A DNA stretch of 64,000 bases from an uncultured Clostridia bacterium (GTDB taxonomy: Bacteria; Bacillota; Clostridia; TANB77; CAG-508): NCBI GenBank assembly GCA_944386165.1, contig CALXAA010000004.1:1105-65104 (forward strand). The letters run 5' to 3'. Position 1 is the first letter of the stretch; the number at the start of each line of letters is the position of its first letter. This document shows, one piece after another, positions 9,226 to 17,768 of the stretch. Both the position numbers and the translations under genes were made by a program. The notes beneath the pieces were generated by a model. It did not search any database, had not been told where the DNA came from, and saw nothing but the letters and a program-made list of their open reading frames with translations.

Positions 9226-10095
9226 ATGGATGGAATTATTATAATAAACAAACCAAAAAAATATACTTCACATGATATTGTAAGAAAAGTAAAAAAAATA
9301 TTAAATCAAAAAGTAGGACACACAGGTACTTTAGACCCAAATGCAACAGGAGTATTACCATTATTAATTGGAAAAGGAACAGAACTTTCTAAATATTTAA
9401 TAAACCATAACAAAACATATGAAGCTGTTTTACAATTGGGAGAAAAAAGAGATACTGGGGATTGTGAAGGAAATATTTTAGATTCAAAACCAGTACAAAT
9501 AGAATGTCTAGATAAAGCAAAAATACAAAATATATTTCAAAGTTTAATTGGAAAACAACAACAAATACCTCCAATTTATTCAGCCATAAAGATAAATGGA
9601 AAGAAACTATATGAATATGCAAGAAAAGGTGAAAAAGTAGAAATTCAACCACGTGAAATTGAAATATATTCATTAGAAATAATAAATATTAATATAGAAA
9701 AAAAACAAATAGAATTTAGAGTTAAATGCTCAAAAGGTACATATATTAGAACATTATGCGAAAAAATAGCAGAAAAACTAAAAACAGTAGGATATATGAA
9801 AGAATTAAAAAGAACACAAGTCGGAGAATTTGAACTAAAAGATGCTATAACAATAGAAGAGCTAGAAAATCTTGTAAATAAGAATGAGGATAATAAAAAC
9901 TTTATAACAATAGAAAACTATTTTAAAAATGCACCAAGCATAACATTAGATGAAAAAAGAATGAAATTATTTTTAAATGGAGTAAAATTAACATTTAATA
10001 CAGATGACGGAATTTATAAAATTTATTATAATAAAAGTTTTGTTGGAACTGGAATTGTAAATAGTAAATTATTAAAAAGAGATATTATTATATAA
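9226..10095 (+). CDS. truB: tRNA pseudouridine-55 synthase
   Basis: GIIIINKP...SHDIV...KVGHTGTLDP is the catalytic Asp motif. Confidence 0.93.
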   Translation: MDGIIIINKPKKYTSHDIVRKVKKILNQKVGHTGTLDPNATGVLPLLIGKGTELSKYLINHNKTYEAVLQLGEKRDTGDCEGNILDSKPVQIECLDKAKIQNIFQSLIGKQQQIPPIYSAIKINGKKLYEYARKGEKVEIQPREIEIYSLEIININIEKKQIEFRVKCSKGTYIRTLCEKIAEKLKTVGYMKELKRTQVGEFELKDAITIEELENLVNKNEDNKNFITIENYFKNAPSITLDEKRMKLFLNGVKLTFNTDDGIYKIYYNKSFVGTGIVNSKLLKRDIII

Positions 10096-10120
10096 AGCAT
10101 ATAGAAAGGGGCAGGATAAT

Positions 10121-11680
10121 ATGGGAAAAAAATTTTATGTAACAACACCAATATACTATCCAAGTGGAAAATTTCATATAGGAACAGCATATACAGAAGT
10201 ATTAGCAGATGCAATAAAAAGATATAAAACACTAAGAGGATATGACACATTTTTGTTAACAGGTCTAGATGAGCATGGTCAAAAAATACAAACAGTTGCA
10301 GAGAAAACTGGAGAAACACCACAAGAATATGTTGACGAAATGGCAAGACTCGCAAAAGAATTGTGGAAAGAAATGGATATAAAATATGACTTTTTTTTAA
10401 GAACAACAGATGATTTCCATGAAAAAGCTGTTCAAAAAATATTTGAATATTTTCTAGAAAAAGGAGATATTTATAAGGGTGAATATGAAGGGTGGTATTG
10501 TATGCCATGTGAAACATATTTTACAAAAACACAACTTGTTGATGGAAAATGCCCAGATTGTGGTAGAGAAGTAAAACTATTAAAAGAAGAAGCATATTTC
10601 TTTAACATGAAAAAATATGCTGATAAATTAGTAAAATTCTATGATGAAAATCCTGATTTTGTTGAGCCAGCATATAGAAAAAATGAAATGATAAATAACT
10701 TTATAAAACCAGGTCTAGAAGATTTATGTGTAACCAGAACTTCTTTTGATTGGGGAATAAAAGTACCAAATGACCCAAAACATGTAATTTATGTATGGCT
10801 AGATGCTTTAACAAACTATTTAACAGCACTTGGATATATGCAAGAAGATGACAAACTATTTAAAAAATATTGGCCTGCTGATGTACAAATAGTTGGTAAA
10901 GACATTGCAAGATTTCACTTAATATATTGGCCAATTTTCCTAATGGCATTAAATTTACCATTACCAAAAAAATTTATTGTTCATAACTGGATAGTAATGA
11001 AAGATGGAAAAATGTCAAAATCTGTAGGAAATGTAGTATATCCAGAAAAATTAATAAATAGATATGGATTAGATGCTACAAAATATTATCTATTAAGAGT
11101 AATGCCTATTTCACAAGACGCTGTATATACACCAGAAGATTTTATTGAAAGATATAATTCAGATTTATGTAATGACTTAGGAAACTTAGTAAATAGAACA
11201 ATTTCAATGGTTAACAAATATTTTCAAGGAAATGTGCCAGAATATAATGGAACACCAAATGATGCAGACAAGGAACTTGAAGAATTTACAAATAATAAAC
11301 TTGAAGAAGTAGAAAACTTAATTGAAAAATATCAAATGTCAAATGCTTTACAAGAACTATGGACAGTTATAGCTAGAACAAATAAATATATTGATGAAAC
11401 ACGCCCATGGGAATTATCAAAAAATGATGAAATAGAAAAACTAAAATCAAGTATATATCATCTAATAGAAAATATAAGAAAAATCGCAATATTTTTACTA
11501 CCATTTATGGAAAACACTGCAAAAGATATATTAAGACAAATAGGAATTCCAGAAAATTTACAAACATGGGACAGTCTAAAAGAATATGATAAATTAAACT
11601 GTATAAAAGTAATCGAAAAAGGTGAACCTATATTTATGAGAAAAAATATCGAAGAAGAATTGGAATATTTAAAAAATTAA
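10121..11680 (+). CDS. metG: Methionyl-tRNA synthetase, short form without the C-terminal tRNA-binding domain
   Basis: The HIGH-like motif is FHIGTAY. A Zn knuckle CMPCE...CPDCG and the KMSKS motif are present. Confidence 0.95.
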   Translation: MGKKFYVTTPIYYPSGKFHIGTAYTEVLADAIKRYKTLRGYDTFLLTGLDEHGQKIQTVAEKTGETPQEYVDEMARLAKELWKEMDIKYDFFLRTTDDFHEKAVQKIFEYFLEKGDIYKGEYEGWYCMPCETYFTKTQLVDGKCPDCGREVKLLKEEAYFFNMKKYADKLVKFYDENPDFVEPAYRKNEMINNFIKPGLEDLCVTRTSFDWGIKVPNDPKHVIYVWLDALTNYLTALGYMQEDDKLFKKYWPADVQIVGKDIARFHLIYWPIFLMALNLPLPKKFIVHNWIVMKDGKMSKSVGNVVYPEKLINRYGLDATKYYLLRVMPISQDAVYTPEDFIERYNSDLCNDLGNLVNRTISMVNKYFQGNVPEYNGTPNDADKELEEFTNNKLEEVENLIEKYQMSNALQELWTVIARTNKYIDETRPWELSKNDEIEKLKSSIYHLIENIRKIAIFLLPFMENTAKDILRQIGIPENLQTWDSLKEYDKLNCIKVIEKGEPIFMRKNIEEELEYLKN

Positions 11681-11692
11681 AAAGGTGGAGTA

Positions 11693-12580
11693 ATGGATTT
11701 GATATCTATAAGAAGAAAATATAGTAATAGAAGAAATATAATATTTATAATTTTTGCTATTGTTCTAGTTATAGTTGGATTAATTTATTTAAAAGAATTC
11801 ATACAAAAACAAAATGCTGAAAAAGTTTATTTATCTTATATGAACTTAAGAACAATAGCAGTAAATTATGAAGAAGAACAGAAAAAAATAGAAGAAGAAA
11901 AAAGAAAAAGTAATTTACCAAAACTTACTGAAGAAGGTAAAAATAATATATTAAGTATATACAAATCAGAAACAAAAAGAGTATTTTTGACATTTGATGA
12001 TGGACCTTCTTCAACAGTTACCCCTCTTATATTAGATACACTGAAGGCAGAAAACATAAAAGCAACATTTTTTTTATTGGGAAGTAGAGTAGAACTTAAT
12101 CCTGAAATAGTAAAAAGAGAATATGAAGAAGGGCATTATTTAGCAAGCCATGGATATTCTCATGTATACTCACAAATATATGCATCTCCTCAAAGTGTAT
12201 TAGACGAATATAATAACTGCATAAGAGCAATACAAAATGCAATAGGAGTACCTGAATATAATCCACATTTATTTAGATTTCCTGGTGGATTTAAAGGAGG
12301 TAAATATAGTAAAATAAAAGAAGAAGCACATAATTTACTTGAGCAAAATAATATAGTTCATGTTGATTGGAATGCTCTAACTTCTGATGCAGCTGGAGCC
12401 AAAACAACTGAAGAATTTATTGCACAGTTAGAAAAAACTGTTCCAAAGTATAATAGTGTCGTTGTTCTAATGCATGATGCTGGTAATAAAAAAGCTACAG
12501 CAGAAGCATTACCTACTATAATTTCTTATTTTAGAGAACGTGGATATGAATTCGAAAACTTTTATAGTATCATAAAATAA
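11693..12580 (+). CDS. Membrane-anchored polysaccharide deacetylase (NodB homology domain)
   Basis: An N-terminal TM helix is followed by LTFDDGPS...ATFFLLG...ASHGYSH. Confidence 0.85.
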   Translation: MDLISIRRKYSNRRNIIFIIFAIVLVIVGLIYLKEFIQKQNAEKVYLSYMNLRTIAVNYEEEQKKIEEEKRKSNLPKLTEEGKNNILSIYKSETKRVFLTFDDGPSSTVTPLILDTLKAENIKATFFLLGSRVELNPEIVKREYEEGHYLASHGYSHVYSQIYASPQSVLDEYNNCIRAIQNAIGVPEYNPHLFRFPGGFKGGKYSKIKEEAHNLLEQNNIVHVDWNALTSDAAGAKTTEEFIAQLEKTVPKYNSVVVLMHDAGNKKATAEALPTIISYFRERGYEFENFYSIIK

Positions 12581-12661
12581 TGTCAATGGGGACGGAGATT
12601 TTGACAATAAATAGTGTCAAAATCTCCGTCCCCATTGACACCCATTGACAACTCATTGACA
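12581..12661. repeat. Palindromic element copy A: perfect 26-bp inverted repeat TGTCAATGGGGACGGAGATTTTGACA, 8-nt loop, then 2-3 extra CATTGACA units at 10-11 bp spacing
   Basis: Read directly. It starts at the base after the deacetylase stop and ends 4 nt before the stop of the convergent Crp/Fnr gene. Confidence 0.9.
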
Positions 12662-12665
12662 GACA

Positions 12666-13295
12666 TTAATATAATAAAGTAATTTTTCTTCCGTCTTTTT
12701 TAATAAAACCTTCATCAATAAGAAGCTTTACTTCTCTCATTAATGCACTTCTATCTACACTAAAAAAATCTGCCAGGTCTGTATAATTATATGGCATGGT
12801 AAATATTTTATTCAAAGAACCTTTTGACAAAATATCGAAATAAGCCAATAACTTATCACGAATTGTACGTTTTGTTAGCAATTCAATACGTAAATTTAAA
12901 TCTATAATCTCATCAATAAATAATTCGCTTAAATTAGTAATAAGTTCACTATGAAAATTACAATCATATTTACATTCATCCAGAAGAGTATTATATGTAA
13001 AAAATAGAATTTCTGATTTTTTTGCAGCTGTTACAAAAAGTTCATTATTAGTATTTGCAGGATAAAAAACCTCGCCAAAAATATCATTTTCTGCAAAGTG
13101 ACCAATAATTGTTTTATTTCCATTAACATCATATCTAATTAAATCAACTTCACCACTTAGAATAATGCAAATTTGATTACGTTTTTCAATATATGTTGTA
13201 ACTGTTTCTCCTTTTGCAAATTTTTTTATCTGAACTTTTTTGCAATTTTTTTTAAAATTATTTATAAAATTTTTTTTATCAAAATTAGTATCCAT
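12666..13295 (-). CDS. Crp/Fnr-family transcriptional regulator
   Basis: It has a cNMP-binding-like N-terminal domain (FAKGETV...LSGEVDL) and a C-terminal HTH (YTDLADFFSVDRSALMREVKLL). Confidence 0.85.
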   Translation of the reverse strand: MDTNFDKKNFINNFKKNCKKVQIKKFAKGETVTTYIEKRNQICIILSGEVDLIRYDVNGNKTIIGHFAENDIFGEVFYPANTNNELFVTAAKKSEILFFTYNTLLDECKYDCNFHSELITNLSELFIDEIIDLNLRIELLTKRTIRDKLLAYFDILSKGSLNKIFTMPYNYTDLADFFSVDRSALMREVKLLIDEGFIKKDGRKITLLY

Positions 13296-13345
13296 AACAT
13301 TTTCCTTAAAAAATAGATAATATAGAAATATATAATGTTTTAAAA

Positions 13346-13352
13346 TTCGACA
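13346..13352 (-). promoter_or_regulatory. Perfect Spo0A-type 0A box (TGTCGAA on the minus strand) in the crp/nrdD divergent intergenic region
   Basis: The heptamer was read directly. The extended identity ATGTCGAATTTTAAA is shared with the copy at 31684-31698. Confidence 0.4.
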
Positions 13353-13404
13353 TAAAAATTATACTTCAGTTTATGATATTTCCAAAAGAATTATATGACA
13401 TTTT

Positions 13405-13420
13405 TGTTGCAATTGCAACA
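13405..13420. promoter_or_regulatory. Perfect 16-bp palindrome TGTTGCAATTGCAACA (TGTTG-N6-CAACA), candidate Crp/Fnr operator for nrdD
   Basis: Read directly. Its centre lies about 41-42 nt upstream of the start site predicted from TATAAT at 13441-13446. Confidence 0.45.
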
Positions 13421-13482
13421 GATTTCTAAAAAAATAAATGTATAATTAGCACATAAATACTTTAGAGGAAGGAAGTAAAAAA

Positions 13483-15609
13483 ATGAAAGTTATAAAAAGA
13501 GACGGAAGAACAATAGACTTTGATCGTGTAAAGATTCAAATAGCTATTGAAAAAGCAAACAAAGAAGTAAGAGGTAAAGAAAAAGCTACAAAGGAAGAAA
13601 TTGATGAAATAATTTCATTTATTGTAGACTTAGGAAAGAAAAGAATTTTAGTTGAAGATATTCAAGATGTTATTGAAGAAAAATTAATGGAATATGGAAA
13701 ATATGAATTAGCCAAAAAATATATAGTTTATAGATATACAAGAGCATTAGTAAGAAAATCAAACACAACAGATGAATCAATATTAGGATTAATACGTAAT
13801 GAAAATAAAGAATTAGCAGAAGAAAACTCAAACAAAAACACAATGCTTGCATCAACACAAAGAGATTACATAGCAGGAGAAGTCTCAAGAGACTTAACAA
13901 AAAGAATTTTACTACCAGAAAAAATATCTAAAGCACATGAAGAAGGAATTTTACATTTCCATGATGCAGACTATTTTGTTCAACCAATATTTAACTGTTG
14001 TTTAATAAATATTGGAGACATGTTAGACAATGGAACTGCAATGAATGGAAAAATGATAGAAAGCCCAAAAAGTTTCCAAGTTGCATGTACAGTAACAACA
14101 CAAATAATTGCAGCAGTAGCAAGTAACCAATATGGTGGACAATCTGTAGACATGAAACACTTAGGAAAATACTTACGTAGAAGTTATGACAAAATAAAGA
14201 AAAAACTAACAGAAAAATATGGTGGAAAATTAAGCAAAGACTTGATAGAAGATATGGTAAATGATAGAGTAAAAGATGAATTATCAGCAGGAGTACAAAC
14301 AATTCAATATCAAATAAACACATTAATGACAACTAATGGACAATCACCATTTGTTACACTATTTTTACATCTTGAACCAGATGATGAATATATAAATGAA
14401 AATGCAATGATTATAGAAGAAATTCTAAAACAAAGAATTCAAGGAATAAAAAATGAAGTAGGAGTTTATGTAACACCAGCATTTCCTAAGCTTGTGTATG
14501 TACTAGATGAACATAACTGCCTAAAAGGTGGTAAATATGATTATTTAACAAAATTAGCTGTAAAATGTTCAGCAAAAAGAATGTATCCAGATTATATATC
14601 AGCTAAAAAGATGAAAGAAAACTATGAAGGAAATGTATTTAGCCCAATGGGATGCAGAAGTTTCTTAGCACCATGGAAAGATGAAAATGGAAACTACAAA
14701 TTTGAAGGAAGATTTAATCAAGGTGTTGTAAGCATAAACTTACCACAAATAGGAATAATTGCAAATGGAGATGAAGAAAAATTCTGGAAATTATTTGACG
14801 AAAGACTTGAACTTTGTAAAGAAGCAATTATGTGCAGACATTATGCACTACTTGGAACAAAATCAGATATTTCACCAATTCACTGGCAAAATGGTGCAAT
14901 AGCACGTTTAAAGAAAGGTGAAAAAATAGATAAATACTTATTTGGAGGATATTCATCAATATCTCTTGGATATATTGGAATATATGAGCTAACAAAATTA
15001 ATGAAAGGTGTATCACACACAGATCCAGTAGGACATGACTTTGCAATAAAAGTTATGAAACACTTAGAAGAAACAGTACAAAGATGGAAAAAAGAAACAA
15101 ATATCGGATTTGCATTATATGGAACACCGGCAGAAAGCTTATGCTACAGATTTGCTCGTATAGATAAAGAAAAATTTGGAAGTATTCCAGATGTAACAGA
15201 CAAAGGATATTATACAAATTCATATCATGTTGATGTTAGAGAAAAAATAGATGCATTTAGCAAATTAAAATTTGAAAGTGAATTCCAAACATTATCAAAA
15301 GGTGGAGCTATTTCTTATGTAGAAGTACCAAATATGAAGAATAATTTAGAAGCTCTAGAAGAAGTTGTTAAATTTATTTATGATAATATTCAATATGCTG
15401 AATTTAATACAAAATCAGATTATTGCCAAGTTTGTGGCTTTGATGGAGAAATGATTATTAATGATGATAATGAGTGGGAATGTCCTCAGTGTGGAAATAA
15501 AGATAAGTCTAAATTAAATGTTGTTAGACGTACTTGTGGATATCTAGGAGAGAATTTCTGGAATGTTGGTAAGACTAAAGAGATTAAATCTAGAGTGTTG
15601 CATTTATAA
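13483..15609 (+). CDS. nrdD: Anaerobic ribonucleoside-triphosphate reductase (class III)
   Basis: It has an ATP-cone N-terminus (VIKRDGRTIDFD), a C-terminal Zn site CQVCG...CPQCG, and the glycyl-radical motif RRTCGYLG. Confidence 0.95.
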   Translation: MKVIKRDGRTIDFDRVKIQIAIEKANKEVRGKEKATKEEIDEIISFIVDLGKKRILVEDIQDVIEEKLMEYGKYELAKKYIVYRYTRALVRKSNTTDESILGLIRNENKELAEENSNKNTMLASTQRDYIAGEVSRDLTKRILLPEKISKAHEEGILHFHDADYFVQPIFNCCLINIGDMLDNGTAMNGKMIESPKSFQVACTVTTQIIAAVASNQYGGQSVDMKHLGKYLRRSYDKIKKKLTEKYGGKLSKDLIEDMVNDRVKDELSAGVQTIQYQINTLMTTNGQSPFVTLFLHLEPDDEYINENAMIIEEILKQRIQGIKNEVGVYVTPAFPKLVYVLDEHNCLKGGKYDYLTKLAVKCSAKRMYPDYISAKKMKENYEGNVFSPMGCRSFLAPWKDENGNYKFEGRFNQGVVSINLPQIGIIANGDEEKFWKLFDERLELCKEAIMCRHYALLGTKSDISPIHWQNGAIARLKKGEKIDKYLFGGYSSISLGYIGIYELTKLMKGVSHTDPVGHDFAIKVMKHLEETVQRWKKETNIGFALYGTPAESLCYRFARIDKEKFGSIPDVTDKGYYTNSYHVDVREKIDAFSKLKFESEFQTLSKGGAISYVEVPNMKNNLEALEEVVKFIYDNIQYAEFNTKSDYCQVCGFDGEMIINDDNEWECPQCGNKDKSKLNVVRRTCGYLGENFWNVGKTKEIKSRVLHL

Positions 15610-15620
15610 AATATAGAAAA

Positions 15621-15656
15621 AGGCTAGAGTAACTTAAAAAGTTATCCTAGCTCTTT
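15621..15656. terminator. Imperfect hairpin between convergent nrdD and the nucleotidyltransferase gene
   Basis: GGCTAGAGTAAC...GTTATCCTAGC followed by TCTTTT. Confidence 0.45.
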
Positions 15657-15705
15657 TCCATTTAAAAAACTCCTATTTAGGGCTTAGATACTTGCTGGCT
15701 TAAAC

Positions 15706-16344
15706 TCATTTGTCGAGAAAAATCATAGTTGAAATATTGCCTCTTATCCAATTGGGGAGATAGTCTCCAATCATAGCATTCCTTAAAATATTTGGGTATT
15801 TTAAGTTCCGAAGCAGGAAGTCTTCCAGAAGGAGCCTTTTGTACCTTCTTTTTGCTTGCCAACCTTCCATCATAGAATAAAGAAGATATTGAGCTTCTGC
15901 AGGAATTAGTGGAACTTTATAGCCATCAATGTCAATATAATTAAGCTCAGTAGAACTGAAATTATATTGGTAACTGGTTCCATATGTTAGTAATTTGAAA
16001 CCACCCAAAATGTCAACATCAACACGATCAAGTTGATAGTGCATGTAGACATCAGATTCGCAAAAACCATTGCCACCTGTTTCTACAAGTTTGGCATTAT
16101 GTTTTGCCATGATGTTCTTCACCTCTTCAGCGTCTCTTGAATCAATCAAGACGTCAAAATCGTGGAAATCGTCCACAAGCCCCATAAAAAAGAGACTAGA
16201 GGAACAGATAAGACCAAATCTTACATTGTTTTTCTGAAATTCCTCATAAAAAGTTTTAAAAGCCAACCTTCGTTCTAAGTATTCAGTGTCTGTCAAAAAA
16301 CACCGAATATTTTCTTTTGCTTGGTAATTATAATCATATAGCAT
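15706..16344 (-). CDS. Nucleotidyltransferase-fold protein (Lnu / ANT(2'')-like architecture)
   Basis: GLICSSSLFFMGL...DFDVLID fits the G-S...DxD pol-beta NTase signature. The DNA is visibly more GC-rich than the surrounding core. Confidence 0.6.
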   Translation of the reverse strand: MLYDYNYQAKENIRCFLTDTEYLERRLAFKTFYEEFQKNNVRFGLICSSSLFFMGLVDDFHDFDVLIDSRDAEEVKNIMAKHNAKLVETGGNGFCESDVYMHYQLDRVDVDILGGFKLLTYGTSYQYNFSSTELNYIDIDGYKVPLIPAEAQYLLYSMMEGWQAKRRYKRLLLEDFLLRNLKYPNILRNAMIGDYLPNWIRGNISTMIFLDK

Positions 16345-16530
16345 ACAGATACCTCCTTAGTGTAATTACCAAAAAATAAGGGTTATTAAATTAATAATAA
16401 CACATAATTGATAAAATTTCAACTGAAATAAAATATTTTCAAAAGTTACATAAATTTGATACCTATTGAATAAACACTAAAAATATGTTATAATAGAAAT
16501 GTTTTACAACCTTGGAGAAAGGAGCTACAA

Positions 16531-17028
16531 ATGACAATTGTCAAAGTTGCTACAAAAAATTCGGTAAAAATCGAAGCTATAAGAAATGCATTTAAACGGT
16601 ACTTTGAAGAAATTGAGATAATTTCCTTTGAAGTAGATTCTGGAGTTCCTAGACAACCTATAAATGAAGAGGTTTTTATAGGAGCTCAAACTCGTTTGGA
16701 AAATCTTAAAAAAGTAGATAATTCAAAGTATGATTTTTTTGTTTCCTGTGAAGGAGGACTGATTAATCAATATGGAAATTGGTTTAATTTGCAAGTTGTT
16801 CAAATCGAAAGAAAAGATGGAAAAACAGGGATTGGACTAAGCCAAGGCTTTCAAGTTCCATCTGAGTATATTAATGAAATTCGTAATACAAGCATTGCCA
16901 GATTGTTTGATCGTCTTTTTGGAAACGGAGGAATAAGTGTATTAACTCATGGACAATTTAACCGGAAAGACCTAATTGAAAGTGGTACTATTATGGCACT
17001 TGCCAGAGTACTAAATGATTCTTGGTAA
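16531..17028 (+). CDS. yjjX: Inosine/xanthosine triphosphatase (YjjX/DUF84 family non-canonical NTPase)
   Basis: VATKNSVKIEAI...VDSGVPRQP...SCEGG...LTHG fits the YjjX family pattern. The gene uses CGG Arg codons, which I did not see in the core genes checked here. Confidence 0.75.
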   Translation: MTIVKVATKNSVKIEAIRNAFKRYFEEIEIISFEVDSGVPRQPINEEVFIGAQTRLENLKKVDNSKYDFFVSCEGGLINQYGNWFNLQVVQIERKDGKTGIGLSQGFQVPSEYINEIRNTSIARLFDRLFGNGGISVLTHGQFNRKDLIESGTIMALARVLNDSW

Positions 17029-17032
17029 GAAG

Positions 17033-17060
17033 ACGGGAGCTACTAGCTCCCGTTTTCTTT
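17033..17060 (+). terminator. Rho-independent terminator after yjjX
   Basis: ACGGGAGC-loop-GCTCCCGT followed by TTTCTTT. Confidence 0.8.
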
Positions 17061-17084
17061 GCAACAAATAAATTAACTTTTTTA

Positions 17085-17113
17085 TTGAAAACAAGTTAAA
17101 ATTGTAGTAAAAT
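17085..17113 (+). promoter_or_regulatory. Promoter (TTGAAA-17-TAAAAT), copy 1 of a duplicated promoter module of about 55 bp (17076-17130)
   Basis: It is nearly identical to 20063-20116, differing at only a few positions. Confidence 0.6.
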
Positions 17114-17143
17114 ATACACATTATTATATTTTAGGAGGAAAAA

Positions 17144-17764
17144 ATGGAAAAAAATATTGAAAAAGAACTAGAAGAATTTAAAAAATTTAAAGAAACGTAT
17201 AATTATACATTAAAAGAAATTCGAGAAATTGATGGAAAAGAATATTTAGATGGAGAACCATTAATAGATGAAGAAGGAAACGAAATAGGAGATTGTGAAA
17301 AATGGATAAATGTTGGATATAAAAGAAAAGGACCATATGCAAAAGTTCTTTCAAATTTATTTCCATATGAATTTGAATTTAGAGACAAGAAATTGAGTAG
17401 TATAGAATCATTTTTCCAAGGAATAAAATTTAAAAACATAGAAATGCAAAATTTAGTATTTTCTTATCATAGCTTAAATTCCAATTATGTAAAAGTATGT
17501 AGTGGATATGATTGGAAACAGACAGGAATAGTTTATTGGCAAGGAAAAGAAATTGATAGATATAGTAAAGAATATGATGACATAGTAGATGAATTATATA
17601 TATCAGCAATTCAAAATCCATTATATAGAAATATTTTGAAAACATGTGAAAGAAATATTATACACACCATGGGAGCAAAAGAAAAGAATGAAACAGTGTT
17701 TACAAGATATGAATTTGAAAAACAATTAAATTGTTTAAAAGACTTTTTAAAGAAAGAAGAATAG
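17144..17764 (+). CDS. NADAR-like (YbiA/DUF1768-like) domain protein, tentative
   Basis: LSNLFPYEFEFRDKKLSSIESFFQGIKF aligns by eye with the FSNF...SEHYFQAQKF core of NADAR. The downstream region is helical. The catalytic-residue match is imperfect. Confidence 0.45.
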   Translation: MEKNIEKELEEFKKFKETYNYTLKEIREIDGKEYLDGEPLIDEEGNEIGDCEKWINVGYKRKGPYAKVLSNLFPYEFEFRDKKLSSIESFFQGIKFKNIEMQNLVFSYHSLNSNYVKVCSGYDWKQTGIVYWQGKEIDRYSKEYDDIVDELYISAIQNPLYRNILKTCERNIIHTMGAKEKNETVFTRYEFEKQLNCLKDFLKKEE

Positions 17765-17768
17765 AAAA

